Source: a virus (Duplodnaviria > Caudoviricetes). Taken from it: DNA of 53,292 nucleotides. Under the pieces are notes generated by a model. That model made no database searches. It had not been told where the DNA came from and saw nothing but the letters and a program-made list of their open reading frames with translations. Where the stretch lies: positions 1-53,292 of IMG/VR virus record IMGVR_UViG_3300045977_000215; one strand, 5' to 3'. A program made the position numbers and the translations under genes. Shown piece by piece: positions 26,824-37,004 of this stretch. Position 1 is the stretch's first letter. Every line of letters starts with the position of its first letter.

Positions 26824-27231
26824 ATGGCATTTCAGGCTTCTGTCGCCGTCCGCAACGCCAAGCTCGACGCCGTGGAAACGGCCATTGGCACTTCGGCCGT
26901 GCTCAAAATCCGCACGGGCTCGCAGCCGGCTTCCGTGGCGACCGCGGATAGCGGCACGGTGCTGGCCACGGTCAATCTACCGTCCGACTGGATGGCGGCC
27001 GCGTCGAGCGGCACGAAGGCCATGGCGGGAACGTGGCAGGACAGCTCGGCTGATGCGACCGGGACGGCGGGGCACTACCGCATCTACGCCAGCGACGGCA
27101 CGACGGCGCATTTGCAGGGCAGCGTGACGGCTACGGGCGGGGGCGGGGACCTCACGGTTGATAGCGTGAGCTTCACGGCCGCGCAGTCCTTCACCATCAC
27201 CTCCTATACCTGGACCGAAGGGAACGCCTAG
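26824..27231 (+). CDS. Small virion structural protein
   Basis: VRNAKLDA...LKIRTG...ADATGTAGHYRI...QGSVTATGGGGDL; AAGGA RBS. Confidence 0.7.
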   Translation: MAFQASVAVRNAKLDAVETAIGTSAVLKIRTGSQPASVATADSGTVLATVNLPSDWMAAASSGTKAMAGTWQDSSADATGTAGHYRIYASDGTTAHLQGSVTATGGGGDLTVDSVSFTAAQSFTITSYTWTEGNA

Positions 27232-27240
27232 CAGCCGACT

Positions 27241-30200
27241 ATGGCGATCACCGTCACGCTGCGCTCGCAAACAGCAGACGCGACCGACGCCTCGTTTTAT
27301 GGCATTGCGAGCGTAACGCCCTCGTCCAATAAGCTCAGCCTGTTGGCCGTCACGTCGCATCGGGGCACTGCGACACCGACGGTGCCAACCGTGACGGGCT
27401 GCGGGCTTACGTGGGTCCAGGTCGCGACGGTCACCTACAACACGCTGGCCTCGGCGGACTCGCGCCTCACGGTGTTTCGCGCGATGGGCGGCTCACCGAC
27501 CGAGGGGAACATCGTCGCGGATTGGTCCGGCGTGACGCAGCAATGCGGGCTCCTGAGCTGGGCCGAAGCGGATGGCGTCGACACGGGCGGCACCAACGGC
27601 TCGGCGGCCGTGGTGCAAGCGGTCACCAGCGCGTCGAACGCCGCCACGTCCATCGGCGCGTCGCTCTCGCCCTTCGGCGACGGGACGAACAATGCCGCCT
27701 GGGCCGTGGCGACGCACGACGGATCGGTCTCCGCCATGACCGTCACGGCGAACGGCTACACGGAACTCGGGACACAGCAAACGATCACGGCGCCCAACGC
27801 GCGCATCGGCTCGGCGTGGCGAGTGGGGGACGCCGATCCATCCTTTACCTGGACGGCCAACCGCGACGTCGCGATGATCGCCGTCGAGATCAAAGCCGCC
27901 GCAACCGGTGTCACCGGCAGTGGCGCGGTCACCTTCGACGGGATGACCTCCAGCGGGGAGGGTAGTGTCGGCGGCGGCGGTGGCGCGGCCATCGACCAGG
28001 GCTACGACTTTCGGGCGTCGGAACCATACGTTACCGATGCTGATGGCGAGATATGGGTCGGCGGTGGCACGGCGAATGGGTGGTCGACCGATGATGTCAA
28101 CGCGACGGACGGTAGTACGGGCGTGGACTACCGACTCGCCGGGAGTTGCTGGATTGAGAACGACGGCACGCAGGGGACGTACTCGATCACCTTGCCGTCG
28201 ACCGGGACATTCACGATTCGCATCGCGGCCGGCGCAGTAAGCTTTGCGTCAGATGAACAGTTCGTCCAGATTCAGGATGACACAACGCCGGTCCTCACTA
28301 TCAATCAGGCGGCCGGCTATGGGATCGCCCAGTTCTACGACGCGACGAACACGCTCCGGACTAGTGCGTCGGATTGGGTCAGCAACAACGCCTCGGTTGA
28401 TCTGACCTTCACGACCACGACGCTGCGCATTCTCCTCGGCACGGCTGGCTCAAACCCGAGCACGTGGTCCGCTATCGCCCATCTCCACATCTTCAGCGCG
28501 GGAGGGGGGGGCGGTGGCCCGGTCGAAGGCGTCGGCGCCGTGACCTGGGCCGGGATGACGTCCAGCGGGTCCGGCATCGGGCCGGGCGGGTCGTCCGGCA
28601 AGCCCGCGCAGGGCGCGACGGTCAACGCCGCGCATGCCCTGGCGCCGGTCCACTGTTGGCTCATGGATGAGGCGACGGGCCGTCCGCACGATATCGGCAC
28701 GGCGGCCTTGCCGCCGCCGTCGCTCGACACGCCGACATGGAGCACGGTCGGCGGCTTCGGGGCGGTCACGCAATGGGACGGGACCAAGCACACGGAGTAC
28801 GGGACCGGCAATCTCCTGGCGGGCTCGACGAAGTTCACCATCGTTCTGTCTGCGAAGCCGGACGCGACGCTCGGATGGAACCAGACCGGCGCGTTTCTCT
28901 CGAAGAAGGTCTCGGCTGGGTCTGGATTCATCCTGATGTTCGGCCCCAGTGCGTCCGGGTTCACGTCGTCGATGTGGTTCGAGGTCGGCATCGGCACCAC
29001 CTACGGCATTGATTACGGGTGGTATGTTCCCACGCCGAGCGGCACTCAGCAGCAGATCATCGTGGCCTACGATGCCGCGCGCGCGGCCGGCGACCGCGTG
29101 CGCCTCTACATCGACGGGACGCAGATCACCGATGGCCACAACGGCGGTAGTCCGGTTTCCGTCGAGGGCACGCCGACCGTCCCGAGCGATACGACGACGA
29201 TGATCAAGCTCGGCGAAGGCGCGAAGTGGTCGGAGACGCAAGACGGCAAGGAGTTCAAGGGCGACCTCGGCTATCTCTACATCATCAACAACTTCTTCCC
29301 GACGGCCGGCGAGGTCGCGTCCCTCGCGAGCAACCCGTTCCCGTTCGCGCGCACATCGCCGCTGCTCACCGCGATCTCGGCGACCGGGCTCACGAACACA
29401 ACGGCCACGATCACGTGGACCACCGAGGTGAACGCCACCTCGCGTGTCGAGTACGGGATTACGGATTACGCGCAGTCCGCCACGGATGGCGCGCTGGTCA
29501 CGGCGCACAGCATGCCGCTGTCCGGGCTCACGCCGAATACCGTCTACCAGTTCCGCGTGAAGTCGACGGCGAGCAGCGTGACGGCCACGTCGGGACATTT
29601 CAGCTTTCAGACGACGCCGACCCCGGCAGTGCTCGGGCCGGTCCTCATCGATAAGCTCAGTTCCACTAAGGTGCGGGTCTCCTTCGCGTCGGACATCCCG
29701 ACCACGGCTGTCGTGGACTATGGCGTGACGGTCGGCTACGGGAGCCAGGTCACCGATACGACTCTCCAGACATTGCACCGCATCATGCTGTCTGGTCTGT
29801 CTGCCGCGACGCCGTATCACATCCGGGCCACGGTCACCACGGCGAGTCTCGTGAGCACGCTGTCGCCTGACCGTGTGTTCCAGACCACCATTGCGGACAT
29901 CGTGGCGCCGGCTGCCATCACGAATCTGTCGGTGCTCGCCAACCGGATCGCCCAGAACGGAGTCCGTCTTCGGTGGACGGCGCCTGGCAGCGATGGCACC
30001 ACCGGGCGGGCCGCAACCTACACGGTGAAGCGTTCCACGGCGATGATTAACGAAGGGAACTTTGCTGCGGCGACAACGGTCGCCCAGACGATCGACGCGA
30101 CGATGGCCGGTGGGACGGAGGAGGTGATCGTCCCAGGACTCAACCCGTCGACCACGTATTTCTTCGCGGTGAAGACGACGGACGCAGAAGGCAACACCTC

Positions 30201-33200
30201 GGCTGTCTCGAACATCCCGTCGACGACGACGCTCGCTGGCCGCGCGGCGCAAGACGTCTGGGGTGGCGATACGCGTATCCAGTCGCCGACCGGCATCAAT
30301 GTCGGCTGCACGTTCTCGGGTGTGTCGACCGGGATGACGTCGACCGTCTTGACGCACGCGGGCGCGAGCTTCCCGATTGATGGCCGCCTCGTGGGCAAGC
30401 TCATCTGTCCGAACACCGCGTTTGTGGACGCACCACCGAATAACCGACAACTCTGGTACCGGATCGCCAGCAACACCGCCACCACGATCACTATCGTGGG
30501 AGGGCCCGATGGCGCGCTGACCGATCACGCGACGTCGGGTAACGCCTACATGATCACCGGCGTCTTCCGAGTCGAAAAGATCGGAGACCAGTGGTGGTTC
30601 ATCGATCCGGAGGGCTACGCCTACTGTCATCGGGGCGCGGTGGGCGTGGTCGACAAGTTTGGCGGCGGCTTCGAGACAACCAACGTCTACACGGCGATCT
30701 ACCTGGAGACTGCGGCCGGGACGAAGACGGCCAACCTGCGCCTGGAAGGTGCGTCATGGGCCATGGACCCAGCGGCGGCGCCTGGCGATGTTATCGACTC
30801 CAGCGGCGTCACTTGCCAAGCCGTCAACGACAAGATGTACATTGGTCACTCCCGCCCCTTCGCCGAGACGTACTTTCAGATGAGCCAGGTGGGTGTGGGT
30901 GGGGCGATCCAGTGGTACTACTCCATCAGCGGCGGCAGTGGCTGGCAACTCCTCGGCGTGGGCGGGGCGACCGGGCATCCGTACAACACGCTCGCGTTCT
31001 CCGGCAATGCGAACTACACCGATCAGTCCTGGGCGTTCCACATCTCGGATACGGGAACGATTCAAGGCAATGGGCAGGGCTACAACGGGCTCCGGGTCTC
31101 GTGGTTTCGTCCGGAGCAGTATCCGGCGCCGACGGATTGGGCTCCGGTGACGCTCTCCGGCACGGACGGCGTCGCTCGGTACTATCTCCGTGGCGTCGTG
31201 ACCACGCAGTTCACGACGGACCCGAAGGTCAATGCGTGCTTCGATTGTACGCGTCAAAGCCAGTTGATCGACCTCAAGTATCAGGGGGCCTCCGTCTCGA
31301 TCGGCCAAGGGCTCTGGGATCAGATGAGAGGGTGGGGTCTGACGGGGTGCGGCTACTCGTCGAGCTACGCCGACTACGCGATGGCGGCCGGGCTCGTGCG
31401 GCATGCCCCGATCTGGCATCACACCAACGTGACGTATAACGCCGAGCCGATCGTCAAGAATATGTACTCGCAGGTTCCGAACTCGGGCTCGCCTGATATA
31501 GGGCGCTCCATCTACGGGGTGTCGACGGGTCTGACGGCCACGACGTTGACCGATAGCACGGCGCCCTTCGGGGCCGTCAATAGTCTCGTGGGCAAGCGGA
31601 TGGTGCCGAACACCGCCGCCGATAACTCCACCTTCTCGTATTCCTATCCGATCGTCTCGAACACCTCTACCGTGGTCACAATCTCTGGTGGGGATACGGC
31701 CAGCATGCTCGACCATGCGACCGTCGGCGACCAGTGGAAGATCGCGATGGAGATCGGTCGCGAGCAGGTCGACGTCTGGGAGCCGAGCCTGTACGACAGC
31801 GCCGGGGACATCCTAAACTATCCACCGTCCAGTCCCTACGTCTGGTGGCACTTCCGGCCCAATCCGAATGTCCTCTTCTACGTCACCGACGAGCCCGACT
31901 TTATTTACGGGATGTCCTGGGAGTACGAGCGCACGCACATGATCTATTGCGTGGCCGCGAGCAATCCCTATCGCGTCGAGAACCTCAAGCACGGGCCGGT
32001 CGGGGGTGGAGATCACCGGCTCTTTGCCAAGTACGCTTGGCGCGACTATCTGAGATACAAGTACAAGCCCGCGGCCGAGTCGAAGACGCCGCTGACGCGC
32101 GAGTCGACGGTGCCGCTGTACACCTACACCGGGAGCGCTGACGATAACACGGCGCTCACCAATCTCAACGCCGCGTGGAACACGGCCTACACCACGTGGG
32201 ACACGCAGAGCGGCAGCATCGCGGCCGGGACGAACGCCTGGAAGTGGGACAACACGACCGGAACTGGATTTATGGATGAGAACGGCATCCACCTCGTGAC
32301 GACGTTCCCGCCACTGGCCAACGGCAGCGTCGGCGCGCACGTCAGCTATGACAACCTGGAGGCCAACTGCCGGACCCAGGCTATCTACAACGATATCCGC
32401 GACTTCTCGGCACTTACCGCGAGCAAGTACACCTACATCGTGTACGACCAGCTTCACGCGCGATCACCGAACCTCGTCGCGAGCTTCTTCTACGGACCCT
32501 CGCCGGAGCAGGCGCGGGCCATCAACGAATATGCCGATATCGAATGGACGTCGACCAGTCCGCTCCTGACGCGCGCCGAGAATGCCGCGGCGAATAATAC
32601 GGCGCTCCCTGGCCACGTCGTATATCGCTATTTGAACGACCACGAGAGGCCGCTCTACTACGAAGTCTATACGATGTGCACGCAGGACTCGCCGATCAAC
32701 TACGGCGGCGTGGTGTCGTCGGTCTCCTACTCCAGCGGCACCAACCGTACGGAGATCACCTGGACGCTGGGGCAACCGCTCCTGATCAGGAACAGCGTCG
32801 ACAAGTTCATTCACGTCGTCGAGAGCGACACCGCGCACCGGATCGTCGATTTCGTGGGGACGACCCTGTACGTTGCCGGAGATCAAACCGCGTTCGTGGC
32901 GGTCGGGAACACCATCGAGGTTCCGGATGCTATCGCGCTGGCCTGGGGCTATCCTGACTGGCCGAAGACGCATGCGTCGGCAGCCGCCGCGGAGCGCGAC
33001 GAGCTGTCGTCGCTCGTCATGACCGCGCGGGCGCCAGACGGGACGTACCCCGTCGCCGGCATCTCGAAGTGGGGATTCCAGGACAACCCGCAGATGCTCG
33101 GCTATGAGACCTCGGCATGGGGGTGGAACACCTCGCAATTCAACGCCTACGACGGCATTGAGAACGTCGTCCCGGCCACGAAGGACGCCAACGGCGTGTG

Positions 33201-33624
33201 GCGCGGTGGCGAGTACAAAGCCTACGGCGATTACGTCACCACCATGCGCGCGTTCATGCTGAGCCTAGAGGACACGCTGGTCCTCCGGACCACGGTCCCG
33301 CTGGCGCCGACCTTCGTGAGCACGACGGCAGTGACGTGGGACGCCAACGAGCTGGAGACCTTCAGCGTGGCGACGGCCGGGAGTCCACCCGCCGCCATCA
33401 CGCTTGATGCCGGATCGCTCCCGGCTGGGACGGCGCTGCTGAGCAACGGAGACGGCAGCGCGGTCCTCGGGGGCGTGCCGACCGTGACCGGCACGTTTCC
33501 TATCACGCTTCGCGCGACGAATTCAGCCGGGACTGTCACCCAAGCATTCACGATCCATCTGGGCGCGGCCCCGCCGAGTCCGACGCTCGTGACCAGAAAA
33601 CTATTGCTCGGAGTAGGAGCGTAA
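27241..33624 (+). CDS. 2127-aa multidomain virion protein: LamG-like, FN3-like, GH-A-like glycoside hydrolase and Ig (He_PIG-like) domains
   Basis: VRLYIDG...FKGDL (LamG); ATITWTT..ATSRVEYG, LSGLTPNTVYQFRV, LRWTAPGSDG (FN3); FRVEKIGDQWWFIDPEGY and LNAAWNT (GH50/GH42-like); GSLPAG...GTFPITLRATN. Confidence 0.8.
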   Translation: MAITVTLRSQTADATDASFYGIASVTPSSNKLSLLAVTSHRGTATPTVPTVTGCGLTWVQVATVTYNTLASADSRLTVFRAMGGSPTEGNIVADWSGVTQQCGLLSWAEADGVDTGGTNGSAAVVQAVTSASNAATSIGASLSPFGDGTNNAAWAVATHDGSVSAMTVTANGYTELGTQQTITAPNARIGSAWRVGDADPSFTWTANRDVAMIAVEIKAAATGVTGSGAVTFDGMTSSGEGSVGGGGGAAIDQGYDFRASEPYVTDADGEIWVGGGTANGWSTDDVNATDGSTGVDYRLAGSCWIENDGTQGTYSITLPSTGTFTIRIAAGAVSFASDEQFVQIQDDTTPVLTINQAAGYGIAQFYDATNTLRTSASDWVSNNASVDLTFTTTTLRILLGTAGSNPSTWSAIAHLHIFSAGGGGGGPVEGVGAVTWAGMTSSGSGIGPGGSSGKPAQGATVNAAHALAPVHCWLMDEATGRPHDIGTAALPPPSLDTPTWSTVGGFGAVTQWDGTKHTEYGTGNLLAGSTKFTIVLSAKPDATLGWNQTGAFLSKKVSAGSGFILMFGPSASGFTSSMWFEVGIGTTYGIDYGWYVPTPSGTQQQIIVAYDAARAAGDRVRLYIDGTQITDGHNGGSPVSVEGTPTVPSDTTTMIKLGEGAKWSETQDGKEFKGDLGYLYIINNFFPTAGEVASLASNPFPFARTSPLLTAISATGLTNTTATITWTTEVNATSRVEYGITDYAQSATDGALVTAHSMPLSGLTPNTVYQFRVKSTASSVTATSGHFSFQTTPTPAVLGPVLIDKLSSTKVRVSFASDIPTTAVVDYGVTVGYGSQVTDTTLQTLHRIMLSGLSAATPYHIRATVTTASLVSTLSPDRVFQTTIADIVAPAAITNLSVLANRIAQNGVRLRWTAPGSDGTTGRAATYTVKRSTAMINEGNFAAATTVAQTIDATMAGGTEEVIVPGLNPSTTYFFAVKTTDAEGNTSAVSNIPSTTTLAGRAAQDVWGGDTRIQSPTGINVGCTFSGVSTGMTSTVLTHAGASFPIDGRLVGKLICPNTAFVDAPPNNRQLWYRIASNTATTITIVGGPDGALTDHATSGNAYMITGVFRVEKIGDQWWFIDPEGYAYCHRGAVGVVDKFGGGFETTNVYTAIYLETAAGTKTANLRLEGASWAMDPAAAPGDVIDSSGVTCQAVNDKMYIGHSRPFAETYFQMSQVGVGGAIQWYYSISGGSGWQLLGVGGATGHPYNTLAFSGNANYTDQSWAFHISDTGTIQGNGQGYNGLRVSWFRPEQYPAPTDWAPVTLSGTDGVARYYLRGVVTTQFTTDPKVNACFDCTRQSQLIDLKYQGASVSIGQGLWDQMRGWGLTGCGYSSSYADYAMAAGLVRHAPIWHHTNVTYNAEPIVKNMYSQVPNSGSPDIGRSIYGVSTGLTATTLTDSTAPFGAVNSLVGKRMVPNTAADNSTFSYSYPIVSNTSTVVTISGGDTASMLDHATVGDQWKIAMEIGREQVDVWEPSLYDSAGDILNYPPSSPYVWWHFRPNPNVLFYVTDEPDFIYGMSWEYERTHMIYCVAASNPYRVENLKHGPVGGGDHRLFAKYAWRDYLRYKYKPAAESKTPLTRESTVPLYTYTGSADDNTALTNLNAAWNTAYTTWDTQSGSIAAGTNAWKWDNTTGTGFMDENGIHLVTTFPPLANGSVGAHVSYDNLEANCRTQAIYNDIRDFSALTASKYTYIVYDQLHARSPNLVASFFYGPSPEQARAINEYADIEWTSTSPLLTRAENAAANNTALPGHVVYRYLNDHERPLYYEVYTMCTQDSPINYGGVVSSVSYSSGTNRTEITWTLGQPLLIRNSVDKFIHVVESDTAHRIVDFVGTTLYVAGDQTAFVAVGNTIEVPDAIALAWGYPDWPKTHASAAAAERDELSSLVMTARAPDGTYPVAGISKWGFQDNPQMLGYETSAWGWNTSQFNAYDGIENVVPATKDANGVWRGGEYKAYGDYVTTMRAFMLSLEDTLVLRTTVPLAPTFVSTTAVTWDANELETFSVATAGSPPAAITLDAGSLPAGTALLSNGDGSAVLGGVPTVTGTFPITLRATNSAGTVTQAFTIHLGAAPPSPTLVTRKLLLGVGA

Positions 33625-33631
33625 AAGGGCC

Positions 33632-34342
33632 ATGGCCGACAATGTCACCGCGAACGCAGGGACCGGCGGCTCCACCTTCGCCACCGATGATATTAGCGGA
33701 GTCCACTACCCGCGGAGCAAGGTCGTCTGGGGCTCGGATGGCGTCGCGACGGATACAGCTGATAGCGGAGGATCGAGGCTCCCGGTCAAGGTCGGCGACG
33801 CGCTCCCGGCCGGCACCAACAACATCGGCGACGTCGACGTGCTCACGATGCCGGGCGTGGTCGGCGACGTGGCGCATGACGCCTCAGACTCGGGCAACCC
33901 GCTCAAGATCGGCGGTGTCGCCAGGACGACCGACCCGACTGCCGTATCCGCGGCCGGGGATCGCGTCAACTTCATCGGGGACACGCTCGGGAAACAGGTG
34001 GTGCTCCTGGGCGCGGTCCATGATCGCCACACGAACGGCAAGGGGACCTTCACCAACTCGACCGCGGCCGACCTGATCGCGGCGGCTGGCTCTGGCGTCA
34101 AGATCGTTATCACGAATGTCCTTGTCACGAATGCCCACGCGACGGTCGGCACCAAGGTGGAGATTCGGGACGGGACGACGATGAAGGTACAGGGGTTTGC
34201 GGCCGCTGGGGGTGGCGGCTTCGCGCTGTCGCCAGGCGTGCCGATCATGATCAGTACGGCCAACACCGCCATCACGGGTCGCTGCGCCACCACGGGCGCT
34301 GACGTGGACATCTTCGTCAGCGGATACACGATCAGCAACTAA
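33632..34342 (+). CDS. Putative virion protein (MADN-type N-terminus)
   Basis: N-terminal motif shared with 36624 ORF; Gly/Thr/Asp-rich. Confidence 0.65.
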   Translation: MADNVTANAGTGGSTFATDDISGVHYPRSKVVWGSDGVATDTADSGGSRLPVKVGDALPAGTNNIGDVDVLTMPGVVGDVAHDASDSGNPLKIGGVARTTDPTAVSAAGDRVNFIGDTLGKQVVLLGAVHDRHTNGKGTFTNSTAADLIAAAGSGVKIVITNVLVTNAHATVGTKVEIRDGTTMKVQGFAAAGGGGFALSPGVPIMISTANTAITGRCATTGADVDIFVSGYTISN

Positions 34343-36426
34343 TGCACCTCACGCATCTCGTCCTCTACTCGTTTCTGTCGGGCGCCGGGGCGCCTGGCCT
34401 CACGCCTGTCGCGCGAGAGGTGCCGCAGAGCGTAGAGTTTCTCGTCCAAGTGGGCGACGTCCGCATCGGGACGTGGGCGCACGTCGGTGCGTCGTGGCTC
34501 CTGACGCCTGAGTTGTGGCTCACCACGCCGGACGCGTGGCTAAGCTTGCGCCCATCCTACCGGCCCGCGCTGCTCGATCCGGGCGTGGTGGAAGTGCGCC
34601 TGCAACGGACGTCGTACGGATTCCAAGACGTCTCCCTCTGGCGGTTCACCGTCGACAACCTCGACGGGCGGTACAACGCGCTGTGGAACGCGCAGGGCCA
34701 GCCTGTCACGCGGTGGCGCCACGATCGCCGCGCGAGCCCTCCGGTGACCATCGAGGAATTCACTGGCGTCCTCGATCGCGTGACCATCGGCGACGGGCGC
34801 GATCCCGGCATCCTCATCTGCGAGGCGACGAGCCAGGATTTGAGTGCGCTGGACACGCTGATCCCGGCGCGCCTGACGAGCACTGACCTCTTCGGCGAGT
34901 CGTGCCCCGAGCCGGGCGTGCCGATCAAGAAGGTCATCGGCGACGCGAAGAAGGTACGCCTGCCGTACGTGATTGACGACACCGTCCAGAGCATCTTTTG
35001 GTACGGGCCGCTCGAAGGCTCGGTCACCATCACGGCCGTGTACCGCAACCGCATCGGGACGGATCAGGTGGAGCAGCTCGACCCCTCCGAGTACGAGGTG
35101 GCGTACCACGAGACGCTGCGCTGGACCGCGGTGCGCACCTATCGGCGCCAGTCGGCCACGGGCGGGGGATTCCATGCGCTGTACGCCGACGTCTCGTCAC
35201 CGGCGACCGAGCGTAGTCCAGCCGTCGCGCTCGGGCTGCTGATGAATGATCCGACGTGGGGCTGTGGGCAACCCGTCGATTGGGCCGCCGTCATGACCGA
35301 GGCGGCGCTCCTGCCAGCGGAATTGCGCGTCGACGGCGTCATCGGGTGGGACGAGCAGCAGCGCCCGGCCCGCGACTACCTCGACTGGATACTCATGCTC
35401 CGCGGCGGCCGGCCGGTGCTGGATCGCGAGCGCGGCTGGCGCGCCGAGTTCGACTCGCTCGCGGCGACCGAATCTATGATGGTGCTCCGCGACGACGCCG
35501 GCCCCGGAGAGCGGACGCTGCTGGAGATCGGCCAGCGCGAGATGCCGCCACTGAACGAGCGCGTGAAGACGCTACGGCTCCGCTACGGGTGGGACGATCC
35601 CACGCAAGCGCTCCTCTACTCCGCGGCGGACCGGGCGGTGAGCGACAAGGGGCGCGTGGAGATCATCGAGAATCCGATGCTGAGCGACCCGACCTCGGCG
35701 GACCACGCGGCACACTACATCGCTCTCCGCAAGGGCGACGAGGCCGACCTGGTGCGGGACGCCGTGGTCCACGAAGGCGGCCGGCGCATCCGCCCGGGGG
35801 ACATCGTCCACGCGATCTGCCCGCAGCTCCAGATCGACGGTGAGGATCGCCTGGTGATCGGGGTGGCGCTCGACGCGGGCCGCCAGCGTCTCCACCATAT
35901 CCGGCACTCGCCGGCCAAGTACACGCACGTGGCGGGCGCGCTGCCGACGCCGCAGGTGCTGACGGCTGCCGGCGGCGCGCTCGTGGCGCCGTTCGGCAAC
36001 GTCAATACGGCCGCTGACGCCGTGGAGAACGCGGTGCGCATCGTGACCGCGGATCTCGAGGTTGCGGAGGTCGACTTCGCCGGAGACCAAGAGATTGTCT
36101 CCACCCTGTTCCAGTCCGAGGGCGGCGCGGTCATGATCTTCGCGTCGGCCACCATGCAGGACTTCGTGCCGAGCTCCGGGGCGCCGTCGGTCTCCATCAA
36201 GATCATCGTGGACGACTTCGCGACGCCGACGAATAGCGTGGTGACGCCGACCATGAGCCTGCCCGCGAGCTGGGCCGATCCGGCCGAGTTCCGGCACGCG
36301 CTGCTCGATATCGACGTGACGGTGCTCTCGCGCGGGACGCACAAGATCACGCTGCAAGGCGTCGGGGGTGGTGGCACGTGGACGGCGTTCGGCCCGCGTA
36401 TCACGATCGTGGAGTTTCGACGCTGA
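34342..36426 (+). CDS. Putative tail hub/baseplate protein
   Basis: 694 aa; VDNLDGRY, F.G.lD.V, IRPGDIV motifs typical of tail hub proteins. Confidence 0.6.
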   Translation: MHLTHLVLYSFLSGAGAPGLTPVAREVPQSVEFLVQVGDVRIGTWAHVGASWLLTPELWLTTPDAWLSLRPSYRPALLDPGVVEVRLQRTSYGFQDVSLWRFTVDNLDGRYNALWNAQGQPVTRWRHDRRASPPVTIEEFTGVLDRVTIGDGRDPGILICEATSQDLSALDTLIPARLTSTDLFGESCPEPGVPIKKVIGDAKKVRLPYVIDDTVQSIFWYGPLEGSVTITAVYRNRIGTDQVEQLDPSEYEVAYHETLRWTAVRTYRRQSATGGGFHALYADVSSPATERSPAVALGLLMNDPTWGCGQPVDWAAVMTEAALLPAELRVDGVIGWDEQQRPARDYLDWILMLRGGRPVLDRERGWRAEFDSLAATESMMVLRDDAGPGERTLLEIGQREMPPLNERVKTLRLRYGWDDPTQALLYSAADRAVSDKGRVEIIENPMLSDPTSADHAAHYIALRKGDEADLVRDAVVHEGGRRIRPGDIVHAICPQLQIDGEDRLVIGVALDAGRQRLHHIRHSPAKYTHVAGALPTPQVLTAAGGALVAPFGNVNTAADAVENAVRIVTADLEVAEVDFAGDQEIVSTLFQSEGGAVMIFASATMQDFVPSSGAPSVSIKIIVDDFATPTNSVVTPTMSLPASWADPAEFRHALLDIDVTVLSRGTHKITLQGVGGGGTWTAFGPRITIVEFRR

Positions 36427-36608
36427 TGCCGTGCCCATCGTGCGGCTGTGGGACGAGCGACATGCTCTGCGCTTGGCACATCGAGCTGGTGGTGCCGTGG
36501 CACGAGTCGAACAAGATCATGTGCGATTTCTTCCACCGCGGCGTCGTGCCGTGCCGGCTCGCCGAGAGCGAGCGTGAGCCGGAGCACACGGCCCCGATGA
36601 GCCAGTAA
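36426..36608 (+). CDS. Small Cys/His-rich protein
   Basis: CPSCGC...C..H...C.FFH; TGATG coupling. Confidence 0.55.
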   Translation: MPCPSCGCGTSDMLCAWHIELVVPWHESNKIMCDFFHRGVVPCRLAESEREPEHTAPMSQ

Positions 36609-36623
36609 AAAGGGGGGGCTGGA

Positions 36624-37004
36624 ATGGCCGACAACCTCACAGTGACATCCGGCAACACCGGGTCATGGACGGCAGCGACGGAGGACATTGGCGGCGCCCA
36701 TCACCAGCGCATTGTCCCGTATCTGCGGAGTAACGCGACGACGACCGGCTTCAACGCCACGACGTCGTCGAGCGCGGCGTTGGCAGCCAATACAGCACGC
36801 CGCGGGCTCATGATTCAGAATATGTCGGATACGGATGTCTTCGGCGCCTTCAATGCGACACCGGTCGCGACGGCCGGATCAGAGGTGGGCTTCCTGATCG
36901 CGGCGCGCGGATACGTGGAGTTCTTCACCATGGTCGACACGCGGGCGGTCAACGTCATTCATGCAGACGCAGGGAACAAGCGTCTGCTCATCACGGAGTG
37001 GTAA
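36624..37004 (+). CDS. Putative virion protein (MADN-type N-terminus)
   Basis: MADN...ATEDIGGAHHQR; ANTARRGLMIQN. Confidence 0.65.
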   Translation: MADNLTVTSGNTGSWTAATEDIGGAHHQRIVPYLRSNATTTGFNATTSSSAALAANTARRGLMIQNMSDTDVFGAFNATPVATAGSEVGFLIAARGYVEFFTMVDTRAVNVIHADAGNKRLLITEW

